From a virus (Duplodnaviria > Heunggongvirae > Uroviricota > Caudoviricetes), in IMG/VR virus record IMGVR_UViG_2667528037_000002, positions 1-64,000 of that record: a stretch of 64,000 nucleotides of DNA; one strand, given 5' to 3'. Under the pieces are notes generated by a model. The model was not told the DNA's origin. It was given only the letters and a program-made list of their open reading frames with translations, and made no database searches. Both the position numbers and the translations under genes were made by a program. Shown here one piece after another: positions 9,398 through 19,144 of this stretch; position 1 is the stretch's first letter; each line of letters begins with the position of its first letter.

Positions 9398-9763
9398 ATG
9401 ACCACTCCAGCACCCGAGGAAGAGGACCGGGTACGCCCGTTCGCCGACTTCCTGCGGGAACTCCAGAAGGGCCGCGTGCACGACGAGCTGTCCGACGGCC
9501 TCAAGGAAGTCGTTGCCGCCGTCCGCGCGACCGGCAAGGCCGGGTCACTCACGTTGAAGCTCAGCGTTTCTGAGCAGGCCAACACCTCCATGTTGGTCAT
9601 CAAGGACGACGTGACTGTCAAGGCGCCGCAGGCCGACCGCCAGGTATCCCTCTGGTTCGTCGACCGCGAGGGCAACGTCACCCGCACCGACCCGGCGCAA
9701 CTCCAGTTCGAGTCCATGAAAGCGGTCGCCGAGAGCACCACGAACATCCGAAAGGAAGCCTGA
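9398..9763 (+). CDS. Hypothetical protein
   Basis: RBS gaaaggaac, ORF 9314..9763 frame. Confidence 0.5.
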   Translation: MTTPAPEEEDRVRPFADFLRELQKGRVHDELSDGLKEVVAAVRATGKAGSLTLKLSVSEQANTSMLVIKDDVTVKAPQADRQVSLWFVDREGNVTRTDPAQLQFESMKAVAESTTNIRKEA

Positions 9764-9766
9764 CCC

Positions 9767-10591
9767 ATGACCGACGAAATCCGTACCGAGGCAGACGCTG
9801 TCGCCGAACTCACCAACGCGGCGGAGCGCTACAGCACCGAACAGGTTGTGCCCGACACCGAGCATGTCCTGTCGTACGTCACCAACTCCGACGAACACCG
9901 TGATTTCGACTCGCTGGAGCGATATCTGCCGAACCCTCGACGCGACCGCGGCACCACCACCGTGCTGGACGTCGACAGCTTCAACAAGCTGATCGACGGC
10001 GCCCTGCACCTCGATGCCGTCGCGTACGCCGACCGCGGCCCCAGCCGAATCACCGCGGTACTTAACGACAAGGGCTGGCGTGACCACCGCATCGTGGTAG
10101 CGCTCCAGCTGTCCCGCGAGTGGAACCACTGGGCGGCAGCCGACGGCAAGCTGCTCAACCAGATTGCGTTCGCCGAGCACATCGAGGACGGCCTAGCCGC
10201 CATCACCTCGCCACCGGCGGCCGACCTGATGGAGGTCGTGCAGAACTTCCAGACGAAGCGCAAGGTCGAGTTCCAGTCCGGCCACCGCACCCAGTCCGGT
10301 GAGGTGCAGTTCCAGTACAAGGAGGAGGCCACCGCGACCGCTGGCGGCAAGGGCGGACATATCGAGGTGCCCGAGCACTTCACCCTCCGCATCCCCGTCT
10401 ACGAGCGCGGCGACGTGTACGACCTCACCGCCCGCCTGCGGTTCCGCATCGGGCAGGACGGCTTGCTCCTCGGCTACAAGCTGGACCGCGCCGGGGACGT
10501 CAAGGACGTGGCGTTCGACGCTGAGGTGGCGAAGCTGGCCGTCATCAAGTCCGTGTTCGGTCCCGCGCCCGACACGATCCGCGAGCTGTGA
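9767..10591 (+). CDS. Hypothetical protein
   Basis: ORF track. Confidence 0.5.
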   Translation: MTDEIRTEADAVAELTNAAERYSTEQVVPDTEHVLSYVTNSDEHRDFDSLERYLPNPRRDRGTTTVLDVDSFNKLIDGALHLDAVAYADRGPSRITAVLNDKGWRDHRIVVALQLSREWNHWAAADGKLLNQIAFAEHIEDGLAAITSPPAADLMEVVQNFQTKRKVEFQSGHRTQSGEVQFQYKEEATATAGGKGGHIEVPEHFTLRIPVYERGDVYDLTARLRFRIGQDGLLLGYKLDRAGDVKDVAFDAEVAKLAVIKSVFGPAPDTIREL

Positions 10592-10989
10592 GCAGGAGGA
10601 AGGAGTTCCCGTTGGTGGCGGTGTTAGCCGTCACCAACGGACTCCCCGAAGGCGCCATCTGCACCGTGGTGCAGGTGCAGGACCTGTTGTCGCACATGAC
10701 CGGCAACCGCATCTTCTTGCACCAGATACCCCGCGCGAAGGACGTGTGCGGCAAGTTCCTCCGCGACCAGCACACCTGGCTAGACAACACCTGTCCCTCG
10801 TCGGAGCAGCTGGCCGACGTCGCCAAGTTGCGGCGCTGGGCGAATGCAGTCCAGAAGGTGCGCGGCGAAACGGTGAAGGTAAGCGTGTTGCCCGGGGACG
10901 CGTACACGTACATGGACCCGATCATCGAGAACGCGGTCAACATCAAGGCCGCGGAGCAGGCTGCCAAGGAGAAGGCGGCGGCCGGGTGA
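10588..10989 (+). CDS. Hypothetical protein
   Basis: ORF track. Confidence 0.5.
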   Translation: MSRRKEFPLVAVLAVTNGLPEGAICTVVQVQDLLSHMTGNRIFLHQIPRAKDVCGKFLRDQHTWLDNTCPSSEQLADVAKLRRWANAVQKVRGETVKVSVLPGDAYTYMDPIIENAVNIKAAEQAAKEKAAAG

Positions 10990-11264
10990 CTACGCACACC
11001 GCCACCGGCTACCTGATCTTGGAGGCGTCCCGCGGTTACCGCACAGGCGACGACGGACTCAAGGTCGTCAACGGCCTGCGTATCGCCGGGTACCGGGCCA
11101 AGCGCCCGGCGATGCTGGCGCGCGACCAGATCACCGTCAAGGTCGGGGTGACAGTGGATGCGGCTGAATTCTCGCCTATAACAGCAGAAATCGCGGTCAC
11201 CCTCGCCCCGTCTCAGGTCATCCACCCGGTCATTGAAGCCCTAGACCCAGCCAAGGAGCCCTGA
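10986..11264 (+). CDS. Hypothetical protein (GTG start)
   Basis: In-frame GTG with GTGA overlap. Confidence 0.4.
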   Translation: MTTHTATGYLILEASRGYRTGDDGLKVVNGLRIAGYRAKRPAMLARDQITVKVGVTVDAAEFSPITAEIAVTLAPSQVIHPVIEALDPAKEP

Positions 11265-11560
11265 TGGCCACCCTCACCCAGGCCGACATGTTCCCCACAG
11301 CCGAGCGGAACACCCTCAACTACCGGGGCGACATCGCCGACCACGTCATGATTGTCAACCAGCGATGGGGGCCGGACATGTTCGGTGCCCTCTACACACC
11401 CGTGGCGGCGGTCTACGACTCCGAGGCCGACCAGACAAAGGTCACCTTCCGGTCTATCCCACGCCCACAACCACATCGCGCCCACCAGCGCGACGAGATC
11501 CAGTTGGCACACCCGGACGGCAACCGGCGCCAGCGCCGACACAAGGGGAAGAAGCATTGA
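11264..11560 (+). CDS. Hypothetical protein
   Basis: ORF track. Confidence 0.45.
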   Translation: MATLTQADMFPTAERNTLNYRGDIADHVMIVNQRWGPDMFGALYTPVAAVYDSEADQTKVTFRSIPRPQPHRAHQRDEIQLAHPDGNRRQRRHKGKKH

Positions 11561-11868
11561 CCACCAACGACATCGAACGCGCCGTCAACGCGCTCCTAGA
11601 ACTGTCCGGCCGCCTGGTCCGCAGCATCGCCGAGAAGATCGAGGCCACCTCCAAGGCCGTCGACAGCAATGAGACGCCAGAACCCGTGTATGTCGAGACC
11701 CTACTGCGCTGCGCGTATTGCAAGGCGCCCCTCAAAGTCAAGACTGGGCACAGCCCGTTCGAAGCGTGGATATGCCAAGCCTGTGCCCGCACCTGGCACA
11801 ACTGGGATGGCATTACCCCGACCGTCGCCGCCCGTCTCCGCGTGACCGGAGCGGGTGATCGTCGATGA
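11557..11868 (+). CDS. Hypothetical Cys-rich protein (TTG start)
   Basis: ORF 11365..11868 frame, TTGA overlap. Confidence 0.4.
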   Translation: MTTNDIERAVNALLELSGRLVRSIAEKIEATSKAVDSNETPEPVYVETLLRCAYCKAPLKVKTGHSPFEAWICQACARTWHNWDGITPTVAARLRVTGAGDRR

Positions 11869-12473
11869 CTGCGCCTACCAACAAGGGCTGGCTACGGAAG
11901 TGGCTGCGCGGCGAGCCGCACCAGCTCATCGGCGCCGACCCCGACGCCCCGTACCTGTTGCGCTGGTATGTGATCCCCCGTAACCCATGGCTCAACGTAT
12001 ACGTGCATAAGTTCCTCCGCGATGACGATGACCGCGCCCTGCACGACCACCCCTGGGGGTTCCTGTCCCTGATGCTGTGGGGCCAGTACGTCGAGGTCAC
12101 CGACGAAGGCCGCGCAGTGCGCTCGGCGCCGGAGCCATGGCGCTGGTTCTGGGGCGACCACCCACTAGCGTTCCGGCCCGCCAAATGGACGCACCGCGTC
12201 GAGCTGATCAGCACCAGCGTGCAGGACCGTTACGAGGACGGCACGTGGGCCAGGAGCGCCACTCGGCACAAGGTGCCGTGCTGGACGCTCATCATCACCG
12301 GCCGCCGGTCCCGGCTGTGGGGATTCTGGTGCCGCCGCCTCGTTGACCTGCGGGGGCCGGAACCCATCGACGACGAGCTGGACAGGGTAGTTGCATCCAC
12401 CGACGGTCAGGCCATCGTCGAACGGTTCGTGCCGTGGGACGAGTTCGACGACGCCGGATGCGGTGAGTCGTGA
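11865..12473 (+). CDS. Hypothetical protein (HKFLRDDDDRALHDHPW motif)
   Basis: ORF track. Confidence 0.5.
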   Translation: MTAPTNKGWLRKWLRGEPHQLIGADPDAPYLLRWYVIPRNPWLNVYVHKFLRDDDDRALHDHPWGFLSLMLWGQYVEVTDEGRAVRSAPEPWRWFWGDHPLAFRPAKWTHRVELISTSVQDRYEDGTWARSATRHKVPCWTLIITGRRSRLWGFWCRRLVDLRGPEPIDDELDRVVASTDGQAIVERFVPWDEFDDAGCGES

Positions 12474-12898
12474 TGCACAACGCGCCTCCAGCGGCCGAGA
12501 CGACACCGACCGGACGTGTGTTGCAGATCGTGTTCTACGAGCGCATGTCTCAGGACGCGAAGTGGGGCGACCAGAACCACCCAAACGTCGACACTGTGCT
12601 CACGCAGCGGACGGGTGGTTGCACACCGGAACGCATGGCGGAGGAGTACGGCATACCGAGCGCGATGCGCGCAAAGTACCTGTGCCAGAAGGCGGCTAGG
12701 GAAGGCAAGCCCACCTGGGCACACGTCCTCGTCGAAGAGGTTGCAGAGGCCATCGAGGCGGCAACCCACCTCGACCGCGCAGCACACCTGGACTCCGACG
12801 CCTTCGACGCACTGCGCCAGCGACTCCACGCCGAGCTGATCCAAACAGCCGCGGTAGCTGTCGCCTGGGCCGAGAAGGTTGGAAGGGCAGAGAAGTGA
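12470..12898 (+). CDS. MazG-like nucleotide pyrophosphohydrolase (tentative)
   Basis: DAKWG and EEVAEAIEA (EExxE) motifs. Confidence 0.45.
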   Translation: MMHNAPPAAETTPTGRVLQIVFYERMSQDAKWGDQNHPNVDTVLTQRTGGCTPERMAEEYGIPSAMRAKYLCQKAAREGKPTWAHVLVEEVAEAIEAATHLDRAAHLDSDAFDALRQRLHAELIQTAAVAVAWAEKVGRAEK

Positions 12899-13365
12899 AT
12901 ATCATTGACACGCAACGCGAATGGATAACCGTTTGCATCGACTGCCTGGCCCCGCCCGGCGAGGACGAGGCTACCTGGGCGTTTCCAGGTACCGACGAAG
13001 GCCAGAAGCATGCGGACGCCTTTGCAAAACGCCACAACGCGCTGCAAGGGCACCGGACCCATGTCAACGAGCAGTTCGTGGTCACAGCCAGCACATACGA
13101 AGGCCCGCACCTCCTCTACGTGGACCCGCTGCGTGTTGGTGATGCCGGAGACACTGCCGCGTCGATAGGTGAGAGGGTCACCCAGACAACGGTATTCCCC
13201 GGCCGCCCCGCGGTGTACTACCTCGCCACCTGCCAGGAGTGCGTCGATATGAAGCTCCCGTTTGACACCGAGGACGACCGCGACATCTGGGCTGACACTC
13301 ACCACGCGGGCACTGGCCACGACGTCACCCCATCCGTCGAAGTGCGACCAGACCAAGGGGAATGA
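12895..13365 (+). CDS. Hypothetical protein
   Basis: ORF track. Confidence 0.5.
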   Translation: MNIIDTQREWITVCIDCLAPPGEDEATWAFPGTDEGQKHADAFAKRHNALQGHRTHVNEQFVVTASTYEGPHLLYVDPLRVGDAGDTAASIGERVTQTTVFPGRPAVYYLATCQECVDMKLPFDTEDDRDIWADTHHAGTGHDVTPSVEVRPDQGE

Positions 13366-13580
13366 CTGTGAGCCAGACAGTCCAGATCCGCACCGGCATC
13401 TACACCACCAGCGGTGGAATCACTTTCACCGTCAACGACACCGACCTCGGCGTATGCGGCATAACCCACTGTGGGCAGACCGCGATGATCGCCATAGACC
13501 TGGACGGCCAGGGCGGCGTTCGCTGCCCCGAGCACTACCAGCCGTGGGCGGACAACCCGGCAGAAACGAGCGAGCAATGA
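13362..13580 (+). CDS. Hypothetical protein
   Basis: ORF track. Confidence 0.45.
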   Translation: MTVSQTVQIRTGIYTTSGGITFTVNDTDLGVCGITHCGQTAMIAIDLDGQGGVRCPEHYQPWADNPAETSEQ

Positions 13581-14191
13581 CCATCTACTGCTACGACACA
13601 GAGTTCCTGGAAGACGGCCGCACCATTGACCTGATCTCAATCGGAATCGTGTGTGAGGACGGCCGCGAATACTACGCCGTCAACAGCGAGGCCGATTGGG
13701 ACCGTATCCGCAAGGACGACTGGCTCATGGACAACGTCGTACGTCACTTGCCCACCCACTCCACTGGGGAGGTGAAGAGGCGTCAAGAATTCGGGTCTAT
13801 CGGTTGGTCGTGGGGCGGAATCGATATGCGCTCGCCGCTGGTAAAGCCAAAGTGGGTAATTGCCAACGAGGTTCGCCAGTTCGTCATCGGTGACCTTGCC
13901 GACCGAGACGAGGCTGTCGCTGACCACGAGCTGCCGGTGCTCTGGGCGTACTACGGAGCCTACGACCACGTGGCCCTGTGCCAGCTGTGGGGTCGGATGA
14001 TTGACCACCCGCGGTTCATGCCCATGTACACCCTGGACCTCAAGCAGGAGATGGACCGCCTCGGTGTCAGCGGCAGCACTGTGCCGAAACCTGATACCGC
14101 GCACGACGCTCTTTCCGACGCCCGGTGGAACTGGCAAATGCTGCACAAACTGCGCGCGGTGGCGGCCGGGGCCACGGAGGTGCCTTTCTGA
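13577..14191 (+). CDS. Second DEDDh 3'-5' exonuclease (RNase T/oligoribonuclease-like)
   Basis: Motifs YCYDTEF and HDALSDARW. ATGA overlap. Confidence 0.6.
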   Translation: MTIYCYDTEFLEDGRTIDLISIGIVCEDGREYYAVNSEADWDRIRKDDWLMDNVVRHLPTHSTGEVKRRQEFGSIGWSWGGIDMRSPLVKPKWVIANEVRQFVIGDLADRDEAVADHELPVLWAYYGAYDHVALCQLWGRMIDHPRFMPMYTLDLKQEMDRLGVSGSTVPKPDTAHDALSDARWNWQMLHKLRAVAAGATEVPF

Positions 14192-15279
14192 TGGGCGACA
14201 AGACCGGCATCGAATGGACCGACGCCACATGGAATGTCGTGATCGGATGCGACAAAGTCAGTCCGGGCTGCGATCACTGCTACGCGATCCGCACGGCGCA
14301 CCGGATGCAGGCGCATCCGAATCCGAAGGTGGTCGAACCTTACGCAGGCACCGAGTCTAGCGGCGAATGGACGGGACGCGTCAACCTCGTGGCGGACCGC
14401 CTGGCATTGCCGCTGCAATGGAAACAGCCGCGTCGCATCTTCGTCAACGCGCAGTCCGACCTCTTCCACGACCAGGTGCCTGACCAGTACATCGCGCGTG
14501 TATTCGCCATCATGGCCGTCGCGCAGCACCACACCTTTCAGATACTCACCAAACGTCACGCGCGTATGCGGTCCTTGCTGTCCAGTGCTGACGGCAGTTT
14601 CATCTACAACGCACTGCTGTCCATGCTTGCCGATCAAACGCTGCGCGTGCCCGCGAAAGGGCCACTGACCGTTCAAGTACAGGAAGCGCTCAACCGCAAC
14701 GCGTTCGGGCAAGGGTGGCCGCTGCCCAACGTCTGGCTTGGAGTGAGCGCCGAGGACCAGAAGCGCGCGGACCTCCGAATCCCAGCGCTGCTCGATACCC
14801 CGGCCGCGGTGCGGTGGATCAGCGCCGAACCGCTACTCGGGCCGGTCAACCTGCACACCGATCCGATCAAGGCCGGTACGCCATTCTGGGGTAGCCAGCT
14901 CGACTGGGTGGTTGTCGGCGGCGAGTCCGGGTCGGGTGCGCGGCCGATGCATCCGTGGTGGGCGGAGAGCCTGCACCGCCAGTGTGTGGCTGCTGGTGTC
15001 CCGTTCCTGTTCAAGCAATGGGGCGATTGGACACCCATGGCGCCGTTGAAGAATGGCCGGTTCGACTTCTCGAACGGTATCGCGACGACCGACGACGGAA
15101 ACACCTACAACGCGGGTGATCTGGACTGGCCTGACGGCCCGCGTCGTGGTGAGGCGATACGCGCCGACTTCCCACACCACCACCCGACCTCCATGTACCG
15201 AGTCGGGAAGAAGGCGGCGGGCCGCGAGCTGTACCACGACGGCCGGACCTTCGACGGCTACCCCCAGGTGTTGGCGTGA
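14191..15279 (+). CDS. Phage Gp37/Gp68 family (DUF5131) protein with N-terminal C-x6-C-x2-C cluster
   Basis: GCDKVSPGCDHCYA, VVGGESG, FLFKQWG motifs. Confidence 0.55.
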   Translation: MGDKTGIEWTDATWNVVIGCDKVSPGCDHCYAIRTAHRMQAHPNPKVVEPYAGTESSGEWTGRVNLVADRLALPLQWKQPRRIFVNAQSDLFHDQVPDQYIARVFAIMAVAQHHTFQILTKRHARMRSLLSSADGSFIYNALLSMLADQTLRVPAKGPLTVQVQEALNRNAFGQGWPLPNVWLGVSAEDQKRADLRIPALLDTPAAVRWISAEPLLGPVNLHTDPIKAGTPFWGSQLDWVVVGGESGSGARPMHPWWAESLHRQCVAAGVPFLFKQWGDWTPMAPLKNGRFDFSNGIATTDDGNTYNAGDLDWPDGPRRGEAIRADFPHHHPTSMYRVGKKAAGRELYHDGRTFDGYPQVLA

Positions 15280-15473
15280 TGGCGTTCCAGGCTAAATACC
15301 GCGGGCAGTGCCGTAACTGCGGTGAGCAGATCGAGCCGGGTGAATTGGCGACCTACATGCACGATCACATCGTCCATGACCAATGCCCTGACGCGGTCGA
15401 TCCGGCACAGCCCGGGCGGCAGGAGCGAAAGTGCCCGGACTGCCACACAATCCACGCAGGGGAGTGCTTCTGA
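15279..15473 (+). CDS. Small zinc-finger protein
   Basis: ORF track. Two CxxC pairs. Confidence 0.4.
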   Translation: MAFQAKYRGQCRNCGEQIEPGELATYMHDHIVHDQCPDAVDPAQPGRQERKCPDCHTIHAGECF

Positions 15474-16108
15474 TGACGACCGTCTGGTTCACCTCCGACC
15501 TACACATCGGGCATGCCCTGGTCGCGGAGGAACGCGCCAACCGCGCCAACATCGCGGTCCCGCTGGCCCCTACGGAACGTAGTGAGCACTGCATCCGGTG
15601 GCACGACCGGACCCTCGCCGAGAATTGGGACGCAGTCGTTCAGCCGCACGACCAGGTGTGGGTGCTGGGCGACCTCAGCGCCGGATCATCTGGAGCACAA
15701 AGGAACGCGCTGAAATGGATCGAGCAACGGCCCGGCGAGAAGCACCTGGTTTCCGGGAACCACGACCGCGTCCACCCCATGTATCGGGACGCCCACAAGT
15801 GGCAGGCGCACTACCTGGAGGTGTTCCAGTCGGTGCAGCCGTTCGCCCGTCGCCGCGTGGGCGGACACACCGCGCTGCTGTCGCACCTGCCCTACCGCGG
15901 CGACCACACCACGGAGCAGCGCTACAACCAGTACCGGCTACGCGACGAGGGCGAGTGGCTTCTGCACGGGCACACCCATTCCCGCGCCAGCTTCCTCCCA
16001 CATGTGCACCAACGGCAGCTCCACGTGGGCGTAGACGCATGGCACATGGCGCCCGTGAACATCGACGTGCTGGCTGACGGCATAGAGCAACTGGGAGCCG
16101 AGTGGTGA
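15473..16108 (+). CDS. Calcineurin-like metallophosphoesterase
   Basis: SDLHIGH, VLGDL, GNHD, GHTH motifs. Confidence 0.7.
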   Translation: MTTVWFTSDLHIGHALVAEERANRANIAVPLAPTERSEHCIRWHDRTLAENWDAVVQPHDQVWVLGDLSAGSSGAQRNALKWIEQRPGEKHLVSGNHDRVHPMYRDAHKWQAHYLEVFQSVQPFARRRVGGHTALLSHLPYRGDHTTEQRYNQYRLRDEGEWLLHGHTHSRASFLPHVHQRQLHVGVDAWHMAPVNIDVLADGIEQLGAEW

Positions 16109-16458
16109 GCGGCGGCAGCTTCAACTACCTGTACTCGGACGACCTAGACGAAGTCATGTGCCGCATGTCCACCCTCAACGACATGGCCGACGCCCTCGAC
16201 TCGTCCTTTCCGGGGACTCGCGCCGCACGGGACACCCGTGCACTCATCGCCCGCATTAACGAGGCGTTCACCGCGTGGGAGTCCGAGCAGATGAAGGCGC
16301 TACGGGACGTCTGGCACGACGTCGAGTGGTGGATGTCCATGGACTACAGCCGAGATAAGGCACAGGCGGCCGTCGACAACTACCGCAGCAACCACAACGG
16401 GTTGCTCAGCTGGGCGCCCATGTCCGGCAACGCAACCCATGACAAGGAGACAGGGTGA
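16105..16458 (+). CDS. Hypothetical protein
   Basis: GTG start overlap, ORF track frame. Confidence 0.45.
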   Translation: MSGGSFNYLYSDDLDEVMCRMSTLNDMADALDSSFPGTRAARDTRALIARINEAFTAWESEQMKALRDVWHDVEWWMSMDYSRDKAQAAVDNYRSNHNGLLSWAPMSGNATHDKETG

Positions 16459-16877
16459 CCCTCAACGCGACACTGGACAACGACACACCGGCGCAGACCT
16501 CAGCCTCGCCGGAGGCGCCACTTGAATATCTGGACGGCCGTGTGACCGTTAGCGACACCGAGCTGTCCGCCATGATCGTATGGCTACAGAAGCAGATACC
16601 CAGCTTCCCGCAGAAGCTGGATTACAACATCGCCAAACATCTAGTGGTCGGGTTACTCCGCGCCCTCAACGTCAAGCGCCTGGGCTACGCCGAGGGCAGC
16701 GTGGCCGTCCACACAGACGGTCGCCTCGCCCGCCGCTACTACTCGGCCGCCGAGAAGCGGTTGACTTGGTTAGTGATTCAACCCCCCAGTGACGCGCAAC
16801 TGGAGGTAGACAGCAGCACGGAGCTGCCAGGTTTCAGCTGGACCGTCCATCCCGTGGAATGGGGCGTGACCCAGTGA
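16455..16877 (+). CDS. Hypothetical protein
   Basis: ORF track. Confidence 0.45.
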   Translation: MTLNATLDNDTPAQTSASPEAPLEYLDGRVTVSDTELSAMIVWLQKQIPSFPQKLDYNIAKHLVVGLLRALNVKRLGYAEGSVAVHTDGRLARRYYSAAEKRLTWLVIQPPSDAQLEVDSSTELPGFSWTVHPVEWGVTQ

Positions 16878-17608
16878 CCGCGTCGTACACATTCAACTCC
16901 CGCCCCGTGCGACCGGGTCCGGTCGTCGACTTCTTCGACTACACCGACCTCAAGTGCATACCGGCAACCCCCAACCTGGAACGCGCCAGCCTCCAGAACG
17001 CCGTCCTGTTCGGCGGCCCCGCTGTCCGGCGGTGCCTGGAGCAGGCGCCCATTGTCGGCGATCACACACACGTGCACGTCGACACGAAGGTGTCGCTGCT
17101 GCTGCCCGGGTTCATCCCTGCGATACCCGGCTGGCACACCGACGGCGTACCGCGGCGTAACGCAGACAAGCCGGGTGAGGAGACCAGCTTTATGTCGGCC
17201 AGCGCCTCCAACACCGGTGCTCCGTCGCTGGCGGCACAAACGCTCCTGGAGGCGCGGGGCTACCGGCCGCGGTTCCACACCGTCCACGTCGGGAACGACT
17301 GCCCCACACGGTTCATGCGGCACCCGTACGTCGTCGGCCTGGAGCACAGTGGGGACTCCGGCCTGTACCGCGAGCTGACACAAAAGGTGAACGCGGCAGC
17401 ACCACGTATGGGCAACGACGACTTCCTGGACGCTCCACTGGCGCAATGGATGTCGTGGGACTGGTGGAACATCCACACCGCTACCCCGGCCGAGACCCGC
17501 GGCTGGCGCCTCCTGATACGCGTCACCGAGTCCGACCAGCCGCCCCTAGACACTGGCTTCATCCGGTCCCAGACCCAGGTGTACGTGCCCACGGAGTTCG
17601 GCTGGTGA
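16859..17608 (+). CDS. Hypothetical protein, possible HxD...H metal-binding (2OG-oxygenase-like) fold
   Basis: IPGWHTDG motif. Start may be 16874 GTG. Confidence 0.4.
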   Translation: MGRDPVTASYTFNSRPVRPGPVVDFFDYTDLKCIPATPNLERASLQNAVLFGGPAVRRCLEQAPIVGDHTHVHVDTKVSLLLPGFIPAIPGWHTDGVPRRNADKPGEETSFMSASASNTGAPSLAAQTLLEARGYRPRFHTVHVGNDCPTRFMRHPYVVGLEHSGDSGLYRELTQKVNAAAPRMGNDDFLDAPLAQWMSWDWWNIHTATPAETRGWRLLIRVTESDQPPLDTGFIRSQTQVYVPTEFGW

Positions 17609-17610
17609 GC

Positions 17611-17988
17611 ATGCCCCAACGTATTCAGTTGCGGCGTAGTGCGGGCTGGCGGAAACCGGAAGGCGCGATCAGCGTGGCCCGGCCCGGGCGATGGGGGAAC
17701 CCGTTCAAGGTCGTGTGCGCCGGGACGGAGCCCGGCCTTTTCAGCTGCCGTCGCGAACGTGTCTGGACCGTCGAGGGGCCAGGGACGTTCTTCCAGGGCA
17801 CCGGGACACACGAGTGGGCAGCAACCTACGCAGTGCGCCTGTACCGCCGCTGGCTCCTCGGCTCCATGAAGCGCGTGGAGGACCTGGTGCCACTTCTCCG
17901 AGGCCACGACCTCTGCTGCTGGTGCCGACTCGACGCCCCCTGCCACGCGGACGTCCTACTAGAACTAGCCAACCAGAAGGAGATATAG
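17611..17988 (+). CDS. DUF4326-like protein
   Basis: RPGRWGNPF motif. Confidence 0.45.
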   Translation: MPQRIQLRRSAGWRKPEGAISVARPGRWGNPFKVVCAGTEPGLFSCRRERVWTVEGPGTFFQGTGTHEWAATYAVRLYRRWLLGSMKRVEDLVPLLRGHDLCCWCRLDAPCHADVLLELANQKEI

Positions 17989-17990
17989 CT

Positions 17991-18935
17991 GTGCCGCGCG
18001 ACCATGGTCGGATTCTGACAATCATATGGCGGGACAAAGACTTTCAGCAGCGATCCGTCGAGGCGCAGCGCATGTATATGCTCCTGTTGTCGCAGCCGAA
18101 CGTGAACAATGCCGGTGTCCTGCCGCTGCAACTAAGCAAGTGGGCGAAGGGCTGCGACCAGACCAGCGTCGCCGATGTACGCCGCGCTACAAACGAACTC
18201 GCCGAGCACCTCTATGTGGCCTACGACGAGGACACCGAGGAACTGCTGGTCCGCTCGTACATACGCAACGACGGCGTGCTCAAGCACAAATACCTGTTCG
18301 CTAATGCTCTGAAATGCGCCCAGGCCGTCGAATCACCCAGCCTGCGTGCGGTGCTGGCGGCCGAGTTGAGGCGCACCCGCCGTGCCGATGCGGTGACGGT
18401 CGCCAACCAGATCGACCCGTCTGGCCCCGGGCCAGACGGCACCCCGACAGACCCAAGGCCGGACGACGACCCAACGCCCCCAGACAGTGACCTCGACGGC
18501 ATTTCGATGCCATCCGAAACCGACCACAATGGCATCGAAAACCCATCGCAATCAGATGTGCCATTGGAATGCCATTCCGATGGCATCGCGATCACTAGGG
18601 GGAAGGGGAAGGGGAGGGGGAGGGGGTCACCTTGGGTAGGTGGTTACGTTGGGGAGGCGCCCACCCGCTGCCCCAAGCACATCAAGGACCCACACCCCCC
18701 AAACTGCCGCGACTGCATGACAGTCCGACTGGCATCCGAGGCAGCCGCCCAGGAGGCAGCCGAACGTCAGAAGTCGGACCGGGCAGCCGCCCTGGCCCGG
18801 CGGGAGGCGTGCACCCGCTGCCAGGGCGGCGGCTGGATCGAGGCCGACGACGGTTCCGGCGTCCTGCCCTGCACGTGCCGTAAACCCCTACAGCTCGTCC
18901 CACGACCCACCGACGACCAGAGGGTGGCCGGATGA
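17991..18935 (+). CDS. Putative replication initiator/DNA-binding protein: N-terminal winged-helix-like region, GK/GR repeat, C-terminal Cys4 zinc finger. Contains iteron-like repeats.
   Basis: GTG start with RBS agaaggag. ATGCCAT/ATGGCAT repeats inside coding sequence. Confidence 0.5.
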   Translation: MPRDHGRILTIIWRDKDFQQRSVEAQRMYMLLLSQPNVNNAGVLPLQLSKWAKGCDQTSVADVRRATNELAEHLYVAYDEDTEELLVRSYIRNDGVLKHKYLFANALKCAQAVESPSLRAVLAAELRRTRRADAVTVANQIDPSGPGPDGTPTDPRPDDDPTPPDSDLDGISMPSETDHNGIENPSQSDVPLECHSDGIAITRGKGKGRGRGSPWVGGYVGEAPTRCPKHIKDPHPPNCRDCMTVRLASEAAAQEAAERQKSDRAAALARREACTRCQGGGWIEADDGSGVLPCTCRKPLQLVPRPTDDQRVAG

Positions 18936-19144
18936 ACGCCAGCGAGAACACGACAACCCCTCAGCCAGAGGTCTTCCACGAGTACGCGCGGCACAACATG
19001 CTCCGGCAGATCACCCTCGCTGAGATCGACATGAAGCGGGCCACTGTTGCCATCGGAGACAAGGAGGCGCAGGACCTGCTCAAGTCGGCGTCCTGGCACC
19101 TGTACGAGGCTTTCAGGGCGATTGGCGGGTGGCAGTGGCCATGA
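18932..19144 (+). CDS. Hypothetical protein
   Basis: ORF track. Confidence 0.4.
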   Translation: MNASENTTTPQPEVFHEYARHNMLRQITLAEIDMKRATVAIGDKEAQDLLKSASWHLYEAFRAIGGWQWP

